A stretch of 64,000 nt of DNA from an uncultured Desulfobacter sp. (GCA_963665095.1 OY762069.1:2432001-2496000), one strand, 5' to 3'; counted from the first letter of the stretch, positions 1 to 10,085 are shown. A program made the numbers and translations. Notes: generated from the letters alone by a model not told the origin.

Positions 1-294
1 CCCGGGCCTGTCATTATTAAAGACCTTATTTTGCCCGGTATTTTCCCCCATTTTGTAGGGGGGTTTTCATTTGCCCTGGGCTCCTGCCTGAAAGTGGCGG
101 CTGTGGCTGAATTTCTGGGCGCAGAACAGGGGATCGGGGCAAGGATTTACTGGGCCTACCGCATGATGGAAATGGAGAGGCTTTTTGCCTGGGCCCTGGT
201 GCTGGTGGGCCTGGGCATGGGCCTTGATCATTTCCTGGTCAGGCCCCTTCGCCGGATCTCACAATCCTATGGGGCGCATAATGCTGATACTTGA
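1..294 (+). CDS. ABC transporter permease (SsuC/TauC-like), 5'-truncated by window edge
   Basis: Hydrophobic ORF with LPGIFP...AVAEFLGAEQGIG motif typical of nitrate/sulfonate-type permeases; overlaps the ATPase gene. Confidence 0.8.
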   Translation, partial: PGPVIIKDLILPGIFPHFVGGFSFALGSCLKVAAVAEFLGAEQGIGARIYWAYRMMEMERLFAWALVLVGLGMGLDHFLVRPLRRISQSYGAHNADT

Positions 295-895
295 CAATAT
301 TTGCAAAGCCTACAACGGCACCCCGGTGCTGGACCGGGTAAATATCCGGATCAAGCCGGGGGACATGCTCTGCCTTGCCGGCAAGTCCGGCATTGGAAAA
401 TCCACCCTGCTCTCCATTGCCGCAGGCCTTGAAAAAGCGGACAGCGGCCGGGTAATACAACAGTATTCATCGGCCGGGTTTGCCTTTCAACTGCCTGTTC
501 TCCTGCCGTGGAAAACCACTTGCGAAAACATGGCCTTTGTCCTGTCGGGCAAAAAGAGAGCTGGGGCAGAAGATTCAATCGCCTGCTGGCTGGAAAAACT
601 CGGGCTGTCTGATGCCGCAGACAAACGGCCCGACCAGTTGAGCGGTGGCATGAAAAAACGGCTGGGCCTTGGCACGGCCCTGGTCACAGCACCTGATTTC
701 CTGTTTTTAGACGAGCCCTTTACCTTCCTGGACCAGCAGTGGCAGCAAACCATTGCCGAAATCCTGCTGGATTTGAAACAGACAAAAGGCACCACCGTTT
801 TCATGGCAAGCCATGAACTTGACCCGGTGCGACGGATGGGGGCAACCATTTTCCCGGCAGACTTTTTATTGTCAGAGCACGGTCTTTGTCCGTAA
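281..895 (+). CDS. ABC transporter ATP-binding protein
   Basis: Walker A GKSGIGKS, signature LSGGMKKR, Walker B FLFLDEP, H-loop ASH; ATG at 281. Confidence 0.92.
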   Translation: MLILDNICKAYNGTPVLDRVNIRIKPGDMLCLAGKSGIGKSTLLSIAAGLEKADSGRVIQQYSSAGFAFQLPVLLPWKTTCENMAFVLSGKKRAGAEDSIACWLEKLGLSDAADKRPDQLSGGMKKRLGLGTALVTAPDFLFLDEPFTFLDQQWQQTIAEILLDLKQTKGTTVFMASHELDPVRRMGATIFPADFLLSEHGLCP

Positions 896-1316
896 ACCGG
901 GTTAAATCCCGATACGGTTATTGGCAAACATATGCCATGACCGTGATTTACAGATATCCCGACTGTGGTGGTCTTCATATAATGAAAGTAGCTCAACAGC
1001 ATATTGAGACTTTCTTTTATATGAAAGAGTGCATTAAGTTACTGAGTTTTTTTCAACCTTTGTTGTGAGTCGAACCCTGACAGAAGATATGTCAGGTCGG
1101 CCCGTGGCCGTTATAGGAAACGGAAAATAATTTTACGGTAAAAGTCAGGTTGGAACCGTAACTGGCCGAGGTTGCCTTGCCGCAAAGTTCCTTTAAAGAG
1201 CTGTCAGGCGTTATGGGTTCATTGTGAAAATATTGACCAGCCATTGACCGGAACTTTGAGTGCGGAACCGGGCCTTACCCTCCGAAACATAGGAGAACAG
1301 TGCAAATCCATCCTGA

Positions 1317-1520
1317 CTGGAAAATTACGAAGAGAGAATCTACCCTATTGATTTGGCTGTTGCAAAGAGTTGGGGAAGTATCCAGGGTAGAGCGGAGAAC
1401 AATGGCACTCCTGTTGCCTCCGTTGACAGTTTGATAGCAGCAGTGGCCCAAACACACAATTTAATTGTCGTAACAAGAAATGAAAAAGCTTTTACTGCAA
1501 CCAATGTTACAATACTGATG
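1317..1520 (+). pseudogene. C-terminal fragment of a VapC/FitB PIN-domain toxin
   Basis: Reads RIYPIDLAVAKSWG...VDSLIAAVAQTHNLIVVTRNEKAF (PIN C-terminal half); in-frame TGA at 1314 and no N-terminal half or antitoxin seen. Confidence 0.7.
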
Positions 1521-1795
1521 TTTATATATATCACATCTATACCAGGCAGAACTTTGCCTGTGAAAGCTTTGAGTTTCCCATGGGCAGCAACGGAGAACTG
1601 TCCTTTTTGATTCCCGCATTTGGAAGCCCGGATTTTGTCATTGACAGCGCCGGCCTGAGTCTGACTGTCACAGATGTTGATTTAAGCAACCTTAACCCTG
1701 TGCCTTTCCCAGGTGCTGTATGATTTCTTGGGGCAGGCTGCGTGGTATTTGGATTACTGGCTCAAAACCGCTTTACAGCCGGGATAAGTTTTTAG
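1508..1795 (+). pseudogene. 3' remnant of a PEP-CTERM/VPLPA-type sorted protein
   Basis: Frame reads ...DLSNLNPVPFPGAV*FLGAGCVVFGLL; TGA at 1721-1723 sits where Trp is usual in VPxPxAxWL(F)G sorting signals. Confidence 0.6.
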
Positions 1796-2070
1796 CCAAG
1801 GGCTTTATCCAGGGACAGGTTTACCTGTTCTTCGATTTTGCCTTTCAGGGCTTTAGCAAGCAGCCCTAAAGAAATCTCCACATTGATGGCACTGTCGGTC
1901 AGTTCAACCACGCCTTTTTTCAATCCGGTTCCGGAAAGGGTGGCTGTGTTACCGGCCCAAGCGCTTTTAATGCCGTATTGGGATTGAAGCTCGCCGGCCA
2001 TCTCTTCAAGACGTTTTCGTGCATCACTTATTTCTAACCTATGGGATTTATTTATTTTAATATCCGCCAT
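1792..2070 (-). CDS. Polyhydroxyalkanoic acid system (PHA_gran_rgn) family protein
   Basis: 92 aa with family pattern (I.I...H.L...AR...W.G....G.G..G.V...V.I.LG.L...KGKIE). Confidence 0.75.
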   Translation of the reverse strand: MADIKINKSHRLEISDARKRLEEMAGELQSQYGIKSAWAGNTATLSGTGLKKGVVELTDSAINVEISLGLLAKALKGKIEEQVNLSLDKALG

Positions 2071-2136
2071 TTTTTACCTCTTTTGCATATTTTCAAGTTA
2101 CTTCACCCGGACCGGTAAACCAAAGATAAGCTGAAC

Positions 2137-2772
2137 CTATTGTTTTTTCAATAAGCGGGGGAAAAACATGCCAACACGCTTTTGATAACAGGTATATTTA
2201 TTACCAAGTTGTTTTACAAGCACGGCTTCTTCAGCCCTGGCAGCGGGATAAATCCCTAAGGCAATCAAAACGGCAGCCCCCAACGGTATGAGGTTTAAAA
2301 AGGTCAGGCCCAGGCCTGCATTAATTAAAAAATAGGCAGTGTAAAGGGGATGTCGAATCACAGCAAAAGGTCCCTTGTCAATGAGGACATGCCTGTCAAG
2401 GGTGCCGGAGGGTGCCGGGCGAAGGTACTTGCCGGCAGCAACAATGGCCAGGTTGTAAGTCACGGCACCGGTTAAAAAGATGCCCAAACCGGCTGTTTGC
2501 AACAGCCAGGCCGGTATTGAACCGATATTTGCCTGATTTACAATATTTGTGCTGTGGGGTGAAAACAGGTGTATAATGCCGCCAGCCCAGGTACTCCACA
2601 TACCCAGCACTCCGGCTGCCAGCAGGTAAAAGGAAAAATTATAATGGGCTTTATTGCCCTGGGGACCTGCTTTTTTTTCGTTTTGATAGGACCGCCAGTA
2701 TTCTGTTGCCGGGAAAACCATGACAATCAAAGGAGTTATCAGAAAAGCGGCTGCAATATAATTTGTTATCAC
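2137..2772 (-). CDS. Isoprenylcysteine carboxyl methyltransferase (ICMT/PEMT) family membrane protein
   Basis: LIDKGPFAVIRHPLY, EEAVL..LG..Y..Y..RV..FFP motifs; TM segments. Confidence 0.85.
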   Translation of the reverse strand: MITNYIAAAFLITPLIVMVFPATEYWRSYQNEKKAGPQGNKAHYNFSFYLLAAGVLGMWSTWAGGIIHLFSPHSTNIVNQANIGSIPAWLLQTAGLGIFLTGAVTYNLAIVAAGKYLRPAPSGTLDRHVLIDKGPFAVIRHPLYTAYFLINAGLGLTFLNLIPLGAAVLIALGIYPAARAEEAVLVKQLGNKYTCYQKRVGMFFPRLLKKQ

Positions 2773-2838
2773 CGTTTCATATCCTTTTTTCGCGTTTTAA
2801 ACCATTTTTACTCTTTTTATGAAACATATCATAACACA

Positions 2839-2873
2839 AAAAAACGAAGGAACAGCCCTGATGGGGTGTTCCT
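2839..2873 (-). terminator. Probable intrinsic terminator of the 2979-3284 gene
   Basis: aggaaca-gccc...gggg-tgttcct stem followed on the minus strand by a T-run. Confidence 0.5.
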
Positions 2874-2978
2874 CCTAAAAACAGTGTTAAAACGGTTAAA
2901 ATTTTAATTTACAGTTGTGAAAACCGAATTGATTTTGTCATACGCGGCACAGCCGGACGGACTTATCCCTGCAGCCGC

Positions 2979-3284
2979 TTAGGCTCTTCTCTTGGATGCC
3001 TTGATGGGGTTCAAAGCTTTGCCTTTGCTCTGGCCGGTGTCGGTTTTTATCAGGTGCTTGTTGGCATTGAACAGCTGCAACGGGTCAAGGCCTAAGTTCT
3101 CCAACGTCTGGTTTATCTCATGCCTGGGGACCCCGTACCGGTTGACATCGGCCAGCATCCGGTCCACCCGGTCCCGGGTGGTCAGATACAGCCCTTCGCC
3201 GTCAATGGCGATCAACTGGGTGATCCCGTTATTTTCCACTTCCTGGATAATCATATCTGATGTTGTGCCATAGCGGTTTTCCAT
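2979..3284 (-). CDS. Hypothetical protein
   Basis: ORF MENRYG... with AAAGGAG RBS upstream; protein-like composition. Confidence 0.65.
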   Translation of the reverse strand: MENRYGTTSDMIIQEVENNGITQLIAIDGEGLYLTTRDRVDRMLADVNRYGVPRHEINQTLENLGLDPLQLFNANKHLIKTDTGQSKGKALNPIKASKRRA

Positions 3285-3314
3285 TTCTGCTCCTTTATAA
3301 ATGGGTTTGTTATG

Positions 3315-3355
3315 ACAAAGCACCCCTCTTCATTTTATTAAGAAGGGTGCTTTGT
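3315..3355. terminator. 11-bp inverted repeat downstream of the PEP-CTERM gene
   Basis: acaaagcaccc (3315-3325) / gggtgctttgt (3345-3355). Confidence 0.5.
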
Positions 3356-3464
3356 GGTCTTTCCCCTTTTTTTTGCCAAAAATTATATTGCCTGTGCGTT
3401 GCGTTATGAGAAACTGCAGTAAATATTGCTGCACAGACGCTTCTTACATCACACCAACAGGTGC

Positions 3465-3950
3465 TCAGCTCCTGCGCCTGATCCCGGCAAGGGCGATGAG
3501 TCCCGGGCCTAAAAGCAGGATTGTACCTGGGACAGGTGTCTGGTTCTGGGCGTTGAGAATTGCCGGGATCATGGCCGCAAACTCGTCGGCGCTGGCTGCA
3601 TAATTTTCTGCAGCCTCTTCCACGGTCAGGCTGCTGGCCACAAATGTCGGCCACCAATAGCTGTAATCTGTATTAGTAACAAGGTCCTCAAATTCCGTTG
3701 AGCCGTATCTTAAATGATAATGCAGCATACTTTCTTCACTGTCCTGGTGTACGGCTGTAAGGATGATATATTTATAAGGATCATCGTCTGCTGCGCCTGC
3801 ATTGGTGAAGCAATGCCAAGCCACTTCATAGTCGCCCCAGTAACCTGTTGAAATGCCTCCATAGGTATACGAGACCGTGTCAGCATCATCAATTTTTACG
3901 GCCAGTGCAAATAACACTGAGATAATTTGAATTATTTTCTTTCCTGTCAT
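3465..3950 (-). CDS. PEP-CTERM/VPLPA-CTERM sorting domain protein
   Basis: N-terminal basic+hydrophobic segment; C-terminal TPVPGTILLLGPGLIALAGIRRRS (Pro motif, TM helix, basic tail). Confidence 0.8.
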   Translation of the reverse strand: MTGKKIIQIISVLFALAVKIDDADTVSYTYGGISTGYWGDYEVAWHCFTNAGAADDDPYKYIILTAVHQDSEESMLHYHLRYGSTEFEDLVTNTDYSYWWPTFVASSLTVEEAAENYAASADEFAAMIPAILNAQNQTPVPGTILLLGPGLIALAGIRRRS

Positions 3951-4181
3951 GTCTGTCCCCTTAGCTTTGAAATAAAAGGGGAAAGTTTATTAAATGGAAT
4001 TCTCCCGGCAACCTGCCGGGTCTCTTTGTCTTCAGGTTTGTAATCAGGGAGGTCACTTTGAGGTCTGCGAAAAGGGTGACCATCGCTTTTTATGAACCTG
4101 ATTTCCAATAATACGGGAACAGTTCTATGTCAATTAAAAAATTAGATATAACAAATATTGTTTTCTATACACAACCAAATA

Positions 4182-4200
4182 GTCAATGATAATAAATATG
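4182..4200 (+). promoter_or_regulatory. Possible Fur box upstream of the AraC gene
   Basis: gtcaatgataataaatatg matches 14/19 of GATAATGATAATCATTATC, but in an AT-rich stretch. Confidence 0.35.
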
Positions 4201-4432
4201 AAGCAGAAGGGAGGTTTGGGGAAAACCTTGACAGTAAAATTCTATTAATTTAGACAGATCTAAATTGTTTAGGGGCATAGAATTTTAGATAGATTTTTCA
4301 AATTTCGGAGGGCCATGGGATGTCAAAGATAGCATTGACACAATAATTTACTATGATATATCAAATGGCAGAACTAACTTATTTTGATGTGGCATATTAT
4401 TCGTTTTCTTCCTGATCGGAGTCACCATACGC

Positions 4433-5401
4433 ATGAATGCGCAGCAACAAAAAAACGGCTTTCCTGAAATGCAATCCTTTGAGATGCCAAAGGGGGCAGG
4501 GATACAACAGATAGAAATAAAACCGGGGATGAAACTGTCACTGGTGAATTTTTTGCCGGATGACCCCCAAAAATATACGTTTGAAACCCGGGACGCCCCT
4601 CTGGAATTTTCCTTTCATCTGTCAGGTCAGGCAGATTATTCCATTCACCACCAGAAAGGGAAAAACGACTTCAAAGGGAAATCCGGTTTAAACATTGCCT
4701 CATGCTTCCCCAATTCCCACAGCACCATGGAAATAAAAGGCAACGCCCCCATCCGTATGGTGGCCATCCATATGGAACCCTCATTTTTAGCGAATTATCT
4801 GACCGGGCAGGGGCAATGCCAGCTGCAGGAATTTGAAAGCTTAGTTCAAACAGGGAAATTCCCATACTATTTCAAGCCCGGCCGGATGTCGGCATCCATG
4901 TCGGTTGTTTCCGCGCAACTGTTTGACTGCCCCTATGGCGGGATTGCCGGACAGTGGTTTTATGAAAGCAAGACCCTGGAATTACTGGTGCTGCAATTCG
5001 CACGGATATCGGACCTTTTTCAGCAGGCCCAGGACCGGATGGCGGTGAGCGGCCAGGATGCCGAGCGTATTCGCATGGCGCAGGGTCTTCTGTGCAGGGA
5101 CCTGGAAAACCCGCCGTCACTGTTCCAGCTTGCCAGGGCCGTGGGCATGACCCACACCAAACTGAACAAGGGGTTTAAGCACTTCTACGGCACCACCGTA
5201 TTCGGCTACCTGCGCCGCCACCGCCTGGAGGAAAGCCGGCTGTTGCTGGATGCCGGCCAGCTGAATATTTCAGAAACAGCCTATGCAAGCGGATTCAGCA
5301 GCCCAAGCCATTTTGCCAGGGCCTTCTTTGCGCATTTCGGGGTCCAGCCAAGCGTTTATCTTAAAGAGGTTCTTCAGCGCCGTATGATTTCCGTGGGTTG
5401 A
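4433..5401 (+). CDS. AraC family transcriptional regulator (PchR/YbtA-like)
   Basis: C-terminal PPSLFQLARAVGM...GFKHFYGTTVFGYLR...NISETAYASGFSSPSHFARAF; ESKTLELL motif. Confidence 0.92.
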   Translation: MNAQQQKNGFPEMQSFEMPKGAGIQQIEIKPGMKLSLVNFLPDDPQKYTFETRDAPLEFSFHLSGQADYSIHHQKGKNDFKGKSGLNIASCFPNSHSTMEIKGNAPIRMVAIHMEPSFLANYLTGQGQCQLQEFESLVQTGKFPYYFKPGRMSASMSVVSAQLFDCPYGGIAGQWFYESKTLELLVLQFARISDLFQQAQDRMAVSGQDAERIRMAQGLLCRDLENPPSLFQLARAVGMTHTKLNKGFKHFYGTTVFGYLRRHRLEESRLLLDAGQLNISETAYASGFSSPSHFARAFFAHFGVQPSVYLKEVLQRRMISVG

Positions 5402-5466
5402 TCTGCATTCCCCATGCGGTCTATCATTTTTTTCCATGACTGACTTTGCTTTTATTATATTCCATT

Positions 5467-5504
5467 CTTTTGTTCAGCAAATGACAGCTTTTGTTCAGCG
5501 GATG
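5467..5504 (+). promoter_or_regulatory. Tandem AraC-type operator (two 17-bp direct repeats, 21-bp period)
   Basis: cttttgttcagcaaatg (5467-5483) and cttttgttcagcggatg (5488-5504). Confidence 0.6.
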
Positions 5505-5586
5505 TTAGACAATTCTTCGTGTTTTTTGAAAAAATGCATTCCCGTTACTGGTTGCACCTTTTGAAAACACATTAATCCCAGGAGAA

Positions 5587-6630
5587 TTGATTTCCATGAA
5601 AACACTGCCAACTGTCGACCTCAGCTACCGCCCGCTCCATGAAATATCCATGGGCCCGTTAAAAGCGGCGCTGCTGAATTATGCCATTGACCTGAAAATA
5701 TTTGATGAACTGACCCGGCCGGCCACCGGCGAACAGATTGCCGCAAGACTGGGTACAGATGAGGGAAATACCCGGCGGTTTCTCAATGCCCTGTCCACCC
5801 TGGACCTGCTGGAGAAAAAAAACGGGCAGTACCGGAACCGTCCCATTTCCGACACCTTTCTGGTTTCTGACTCACCGTCCTGCATCGCCCCGTTACTGAA
5901 ACAGACCCAGGACAGCCGGTTAAATCCCCTGGACCAGATCGGTCAACTGGTTAAAAACGGGCCTCTGGATATGCAGCAGCAGGTTGACTTTTCTGATGAG
6001 GCCATCTGGATGGAGGAGGCAAAAACCTCCGCAGGCTGGGTTCTGGGCGGGGCCGGTCCAATTGTGGCCGACATTGTTTCAGCCCTTCCGGAATTCAACC
6101 GTTTTGAAAAAATGCTGGATTTAGGGTGCGGCCACGGGGTGTTCTCCCTGTACATTTTAAGCAGGCATCCTTCCCTTAGCAGCGTTCTGCTTGACCGCCC
6201 CACGGTTCTGGAGGCGGCAAGTTATTTCTGTGAAACATACGGGTTACCGGACAGGGTCTCATTCCTGCCGGCTGACTACATGAAAGACAGCATCTGCGAT
6301 GATCCGGAAAACGGATATGACCTTGTATTTGCCAGTGCCACACTCAATTTTGCCATCCACCGGTTTGACGATATGATGCAAAAAATTTATGACGCCCTGA
6401 AACCCGGGGGCTATTTCATCAGTTTCCAGGACGGCATGACCCATGAACAGACCCGTCCTGACACCATGCTGGGCGCGGTTGTCCCTGCAATGATGAGCGG
6501 GGCAGATTACTTTTTTCCCCAGGGCATGATCGCAGAAAGCGCTGCCAGGTGCGGATTTCAATCCATCCGGTCCAGAACGGTGGCCACACCTGTGGGAGAG
6601 ATGGACGTTGATATTGCCCGGAAAGCCTAA
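5587..6630 (+). CDS. SAM-dependent small-molecule O/N-methyltransferase (dimerisation wHTH + Methyltransf_2)
   Basis: N-terminal LKIFDEL...IAARLG...FLNAL; SAM motif MLDLGCGHG; ALKPGG. Confidence 0.88.
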   Translation: MISMKTLPTVDLSYRPLHEISMGPLKAALLNYAIDLKIFDELTRPATGEQIAARLGTDEGNTRRFLNALSTLDLLEKKNGQYRNRPISDTFLVSDSPSCIAPLLKQTQDSRLNPLDQIGQLVKNGPLDMQQQVDFSDEAIWMEEAKTSAGWVLGGAGPIVADIVSALPEFNRFEKMLDLGCGHGVFSLYILSRHPSLSSVLLDRPTVLEAASYFCETYGLPDRVSFLPADYMKDSICDDPENGYDLVFASATLNFAIHRFDDMMQKIYDALKPGGYFISFQDGMTHEQTRPDTMLGAVVPAMMSGADYFFPQGMIAESAARCGFQSIRSRTVATPVGEMDVDIARKA

Positions 6631-6633
6631 CTG

Positions 6634-7932
6634 ATGCACCGTTCAGACACGAAAGATACCTGTGTGCCGCCCGCCGGTATCCCCTCTTGGTCAATCAATA
6701 ATCAAACGCCGGGAACAGGCGTCAAGCTGTTCATTCTGGCAACCGCATATATCTGCCAGACAATACCCATCGGGTTTTGCTGGGTCGGCCTGCCGGTTGT
6801 CCTGCGCCAGGCAGGGGCCGGCCTTCAGTGTATCGGTTGGCTGACCATGCTCTATATTCCCTGGGCCTTGAAATTTTTATGGGCACCCTGGGTGGATCGG
6901 TATTACCTGCCCGGGATCGGGCGGAGGCGCTCCTGGATTTTTCCGCTTCAATGGATTTCCGCAACTCTTCTCGGGGGATTGGCCTTATTCCCCCCCATGT
7001 CTGCGCCCGTCACTGCCTTTTCACTGATTCTGGCAGCAAATTTTGTTTTTGCCACCAACGATATTGCTGTTGACGGGTATGCGGCAGACATTCTTGAAGA
7101 TAAGGAAAGGGCCTGGGGCAACAGCGTGCAGATGGGCGGCGGTTTTATCGGCCACATGCTGGGCGGCGGCGTGTTTGTCATGCTGTACGGCCATGCGGGA
7201 TGGGGGGCGACACTGGGCATCATGGCCGGGTCAACCCTGTTGTTCAGCCTGGTGTTCGTATGCCACAAAGAGATCCCGCCTTTGGACCGGAACCTTTTGA
7301 ATAGGGCAGCTGTCAGCCCCCATATCCCCAGGTTATGGCCCTTTTTAAAAGCGCCCCGGACCCGCCGTATTTTTTTATGGATATTTCTGATGTCACTGCT
7401 GAGTCACGGCGGAATGTACACACGGATTCCCATGTTATGCGACCTTGGGTTCAGCAGCAGTGAGGTGGGATCGCTTCTGCTGCGGTATGCGTTTCCTTTC
7501 GGCTTTGCAGGAACCCTGATCGCCGGATTTTCCATCACCAGATTCGGCGCAAGGCCGCTCAGCTATGCCGGTGGGGCAGCCGCAGCAGGAATTGCCCTGA
7601 TGACCGTGCATATCATCACGGCGGAAAACCTGTCCCCCGGGTGGATAGCCGCCATGCTGGCCGGGGAGCAGATGATCATTGGCTGCATCCAGGTCCTTGT
7701 CTACACCATCATCACCGCTGCCAGTGCCGGTCCCCAGTCCGGAACCAACTATGCGGCATTGTGCAGCGGCTCCCATATTATTTTTTTCAGCCTGGCCCCT
7801 TTCATGAGTACGTTGGCAGATGCCGGCGGGTATGTTCTTTTTTACAGGGCTCTGGCCATCGGTGTTATCCCGGTCATGTTCCTGGCGGATATGGCGTTCC
7901 TAAAATTTAACAGATCCCTGGCAAAAAAATAA
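6634..7932 (+). CDS. MFS transporter, AmpG/RhtX/FptX family
   Basis: PWALKFLWAPWVDR...GRRRSWI and ATNDIAVDG motifs; multiple TM segments. Confidence 0.88.
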   Translation: MHRSDTKDTCVPPAGIPSWSINNQTPGTGVKLFILATAYICQTIPIGFCWVGLPVVLRQAGAGLQCIGWLTMLYIPWALKFLWAPWVDRYYLPGIGRRRSWIFPLQWISATLLGGLALFPPMSAPVTAFSLILAANFVFATNDIAVDGYAADILEDKERAWGNSVQMGGGFIGHMLGGGVFVMLYGHAGWGATLGIMAGSTLLFSLVFVCHKEIPPLDRNLLNRAAVSPHIPRLWPFLKAPRTRRIFLWIFLMSLLSHGGMYTRIPMLCDLGFSSSEVGSLLLRYAFPFGFAGTLIAGFSITRFGARPLSYAGGAAAAGIALMTVHIITAENLSPGWIAAMLAGEQMIIGCIQVLVYTIITAASAGPQSGTNYAALCSGSHIIFFSLAPFMSTLADAGGYVLFYRALAIGVIPVMFLADMAFLKFNRSLAKK

Positions 7933-7976
7933 ACGCAATTTCAAAATATTGGAAAGACATTAAACAGGAGAGGAAG

Positions 7977-10085
7977 ATGCAAAGAAGATATGCAGTTAAA
8001 CAGATACTTGTAACCCTGGCGGCAGTGGTGCTTTGCTTCACGGCTGCGGGGTTTGCCCAGGAACCGGCGCAGGATGAGACCCTGTCTTTAGCCCCCTTGA
8101 CGGTAACAGCCGAGAAAAAAACGCAGAATGCCCAGGATGTTGCTTCAAGCCTTACGGCCTTTTCGGATACAGATATTCAGGATGCCGGCATCACCACAAT
8201 TCAGGACCTTTCCAATGTGGTGCCCAATCTATATATTGCCAACTGGGGCATCCGGGGGACATCCTACGTGTTTATCCGCGGCATCGGGGCGATCAACAAC
8301 GAACCGGCCGTGGGATTCTACATTGACGATGTCGGCTATATGGATTCCAGGGCATTTGATACAAACCTTTTTGATATTGAACGTATCGAGGTTCTGCGCG
8401 GTCCCCAGGGGACACTCTACGGCCGCAATTCCCTGGCGGGGGTGGTCAATATTGTCACCCAAAAACCGGACAATGAGACGGTTGCCGGCATGACATACAC
8501 GGCCGGAAACTACAGCCTGCACCAGGGAAGCGTCTACCTGCGCACCCCTGTTGCCGACGACCGGCTTTTCCTGGGCCTGTCCGCCGGTATGGAATCCCGG
8601 GACGGCTACACGGACAACACATACCTTGGTGAAGATGTGGATGACCATGACGCCTTGAACGGGCGCCTGAACCTGAGATGGACACCATCTGAAAAACTCG
8701 ATGTTTCCCTGGCGATTGACGGTGAACATATGGATGATGGGGCGTTTCCTTTGGGAAATCTTTATTCGCTGCGGGAAAATCCCCATGACATTGCCTATGA
8801 TTACAAGGGCGATTATGAACGGGATGTGTTCGGGACTTCTTTGCGCGCCGCCTGTGATACCTCCTGGGGCCGTATCACATCCATTACCGCCTTCCGCACT
8901 TTTGAGGATTCCGCATCCAATGATCAGGATTTTACCATTTATCCCCTTTACACGGCCCGGGAAACCATTGACGATGACCAGTTCACCCAGGAAATCCGCC
9001 TGGCATCCCCGGATGACGGAAGGGATCTGGAGTGGCTGGTGGGTCTGTACGGATTCAGCAAGGAAAAGGACCATTTCCTGAATCTGAATTATGCGGCCGG
9101 CGTTGTTCTGCCCGATGCGGCTGTTGACCAGGATGCGGATTCGGATCTATCTGTCCACGGTGGTGCCCTTTTTGGCCAGGCAACCTATACCCTGTTTGAA
9201 AAGCTGGGGCTTTCGGCCGGTCTCCGGTATGATTACGAAAAAAGCGAGATAGACCACCTGACAACCCTGTCATCAGGCGGTTCGGTATTCAGCAGCACGG
9301 CGGTTGACGATTCAGAGGAAAACGATGCCTTGCTGCCAAAGGTCCAAATGACCTACCACTATACGCCCGACCTGATGACCTATGCCGGGGTTTCCCGGGG
9401 ATACCGCAGCGGCGGCTTCAACACCGCATATGAAGACGCTTCCGATATAAAATTCGAAAGTGAATTCAGCTGGAACTATGAGATGGGATGCAAGTCATCA
9501 TGGTTTGACAACCGCCTTCATGTAAATACATCTGTATTCTTCATCGAAATTAAGGACCAGCAGATCGTTCAACTGCTTCCTTCGGCAGATACAATGATCA
9601 AAAATGCCGGTAAGTCGCAGAGTACCGGATTTGAAATAGAAACCAAAGCCCGATTATATAAAGGTCTGACCCTGGAGGCAGGCTTTGGTTACGCTGATTC
9701 GGAATTTAAGGATCATCAGGATACTCTGGCCGGCACTGACTACAAAGGCAACAAGACACCGCTGGCGCCTGAATACACCTACAACCTTGCACTGCAGTAC
9801 AATAAGGCTGTGTCAGACAGATGGGATATATTCTTCCGGACGGAACTCAACGGGATTGGCCCCTTTTACTGGGATGATGCCAATACGTTGAAGCAGGACG
9901 CGTATCAGCTGGTGAACATGAGCCTGGGCCTGGAAAGTGAAAAGGTGGATATTGTCCTGTGGGCCAGAAACCTGTTTGATGAAGCCTATGAATCCGTTGC
10001 ATTTGAGTTTCCGGGCTCCGATCCCATTGGACAGTCCGGTGATCCGCTTACCATGGGAATTACTGTCCGGTTCAGATTTTTATGA
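7977..10085 (+). CDS. TonB-dependent receptor (FyuA-like)
   Basis: Signal peptide, LTVTAEK TonB-box region, IERIEVLRGPQGTLYGRN plug motif, C-terminal NLFD...RF. Confidence 0.95.
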   Translation: MQRRYAVKQILVTLAAVVLCFTAAGFAQEPAQDETLSLAPLTVTAEKKTQNAQDVASSLTAFSDTDIQDAGITTIQDLSNVVPNLYIANWGIRGTSYVFIRGIGAINNEPAVGFYIDDVGYMDSRAFDTNLFDIERIEVLRGPQGTLYGRNSLAGVVNIVTQKPDNETVAGMTYTAGNYSLHQGSVYLRTPVADDRLFLGLSAGMESRDGYTDNTYLGEDVDDHDALNGRLNLRWTPSEKLDVSLAIDGEHMDDGAFPLGNLYSLRENPHDIAYDYKGDYERDVFGTSLRAACDTSWGRITSITAFRTFEDSASNDQDFTIYPLYTARETIDDDQFTQEIRLASPDDGRDLEWLVGLYGFSKEKDHFLNLNYAAGVVLPDAAVDQDADSDLSVHGGALFGQATYTLFEKLGLSAGLRYDYEKSEIDHLTTLSSGGSVFSSTAVDDSEENDALLPKVQMTYHYTPDLMTYAGVSRGYRSGGFNTAYEDASDIKFESEFSWNYEMGCKSSWFDNRLHVNTSVFFIEIKDQQIVQLLPSADTMIKNAGKSQSTGFEIETKARLYKGLTLEAGFGYADSEFKDHQDTLAGTDYKGNKTPLAPEYTYNLALQYNKAVSDRWDIFFRTELNGIGPFYWDDANTLKQDAYQLVNMSLGLESEKVDIVLWARNLFDEAYESVAFEFPGSDPIGQSGDPLTMGITVRFRFL

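Noticed and set aside
886..1300. 60-aa ORF resembling an IS1/IS630 Zn-ribbon remnant and nearby short inverted repeats
   Set aside because: Similarity too weak (YPDCGG only); no transposase or terminal repeats.
3990..4100. c-di-GMP riboswitch upstream of the PEP-CTERM gene
   Set aside because: Hairpins exist (cccggca/tgccggg; ggtcac/gtgacc), but the GEMM core (GGCAAA...GACGCAAAG) is not recognisable.
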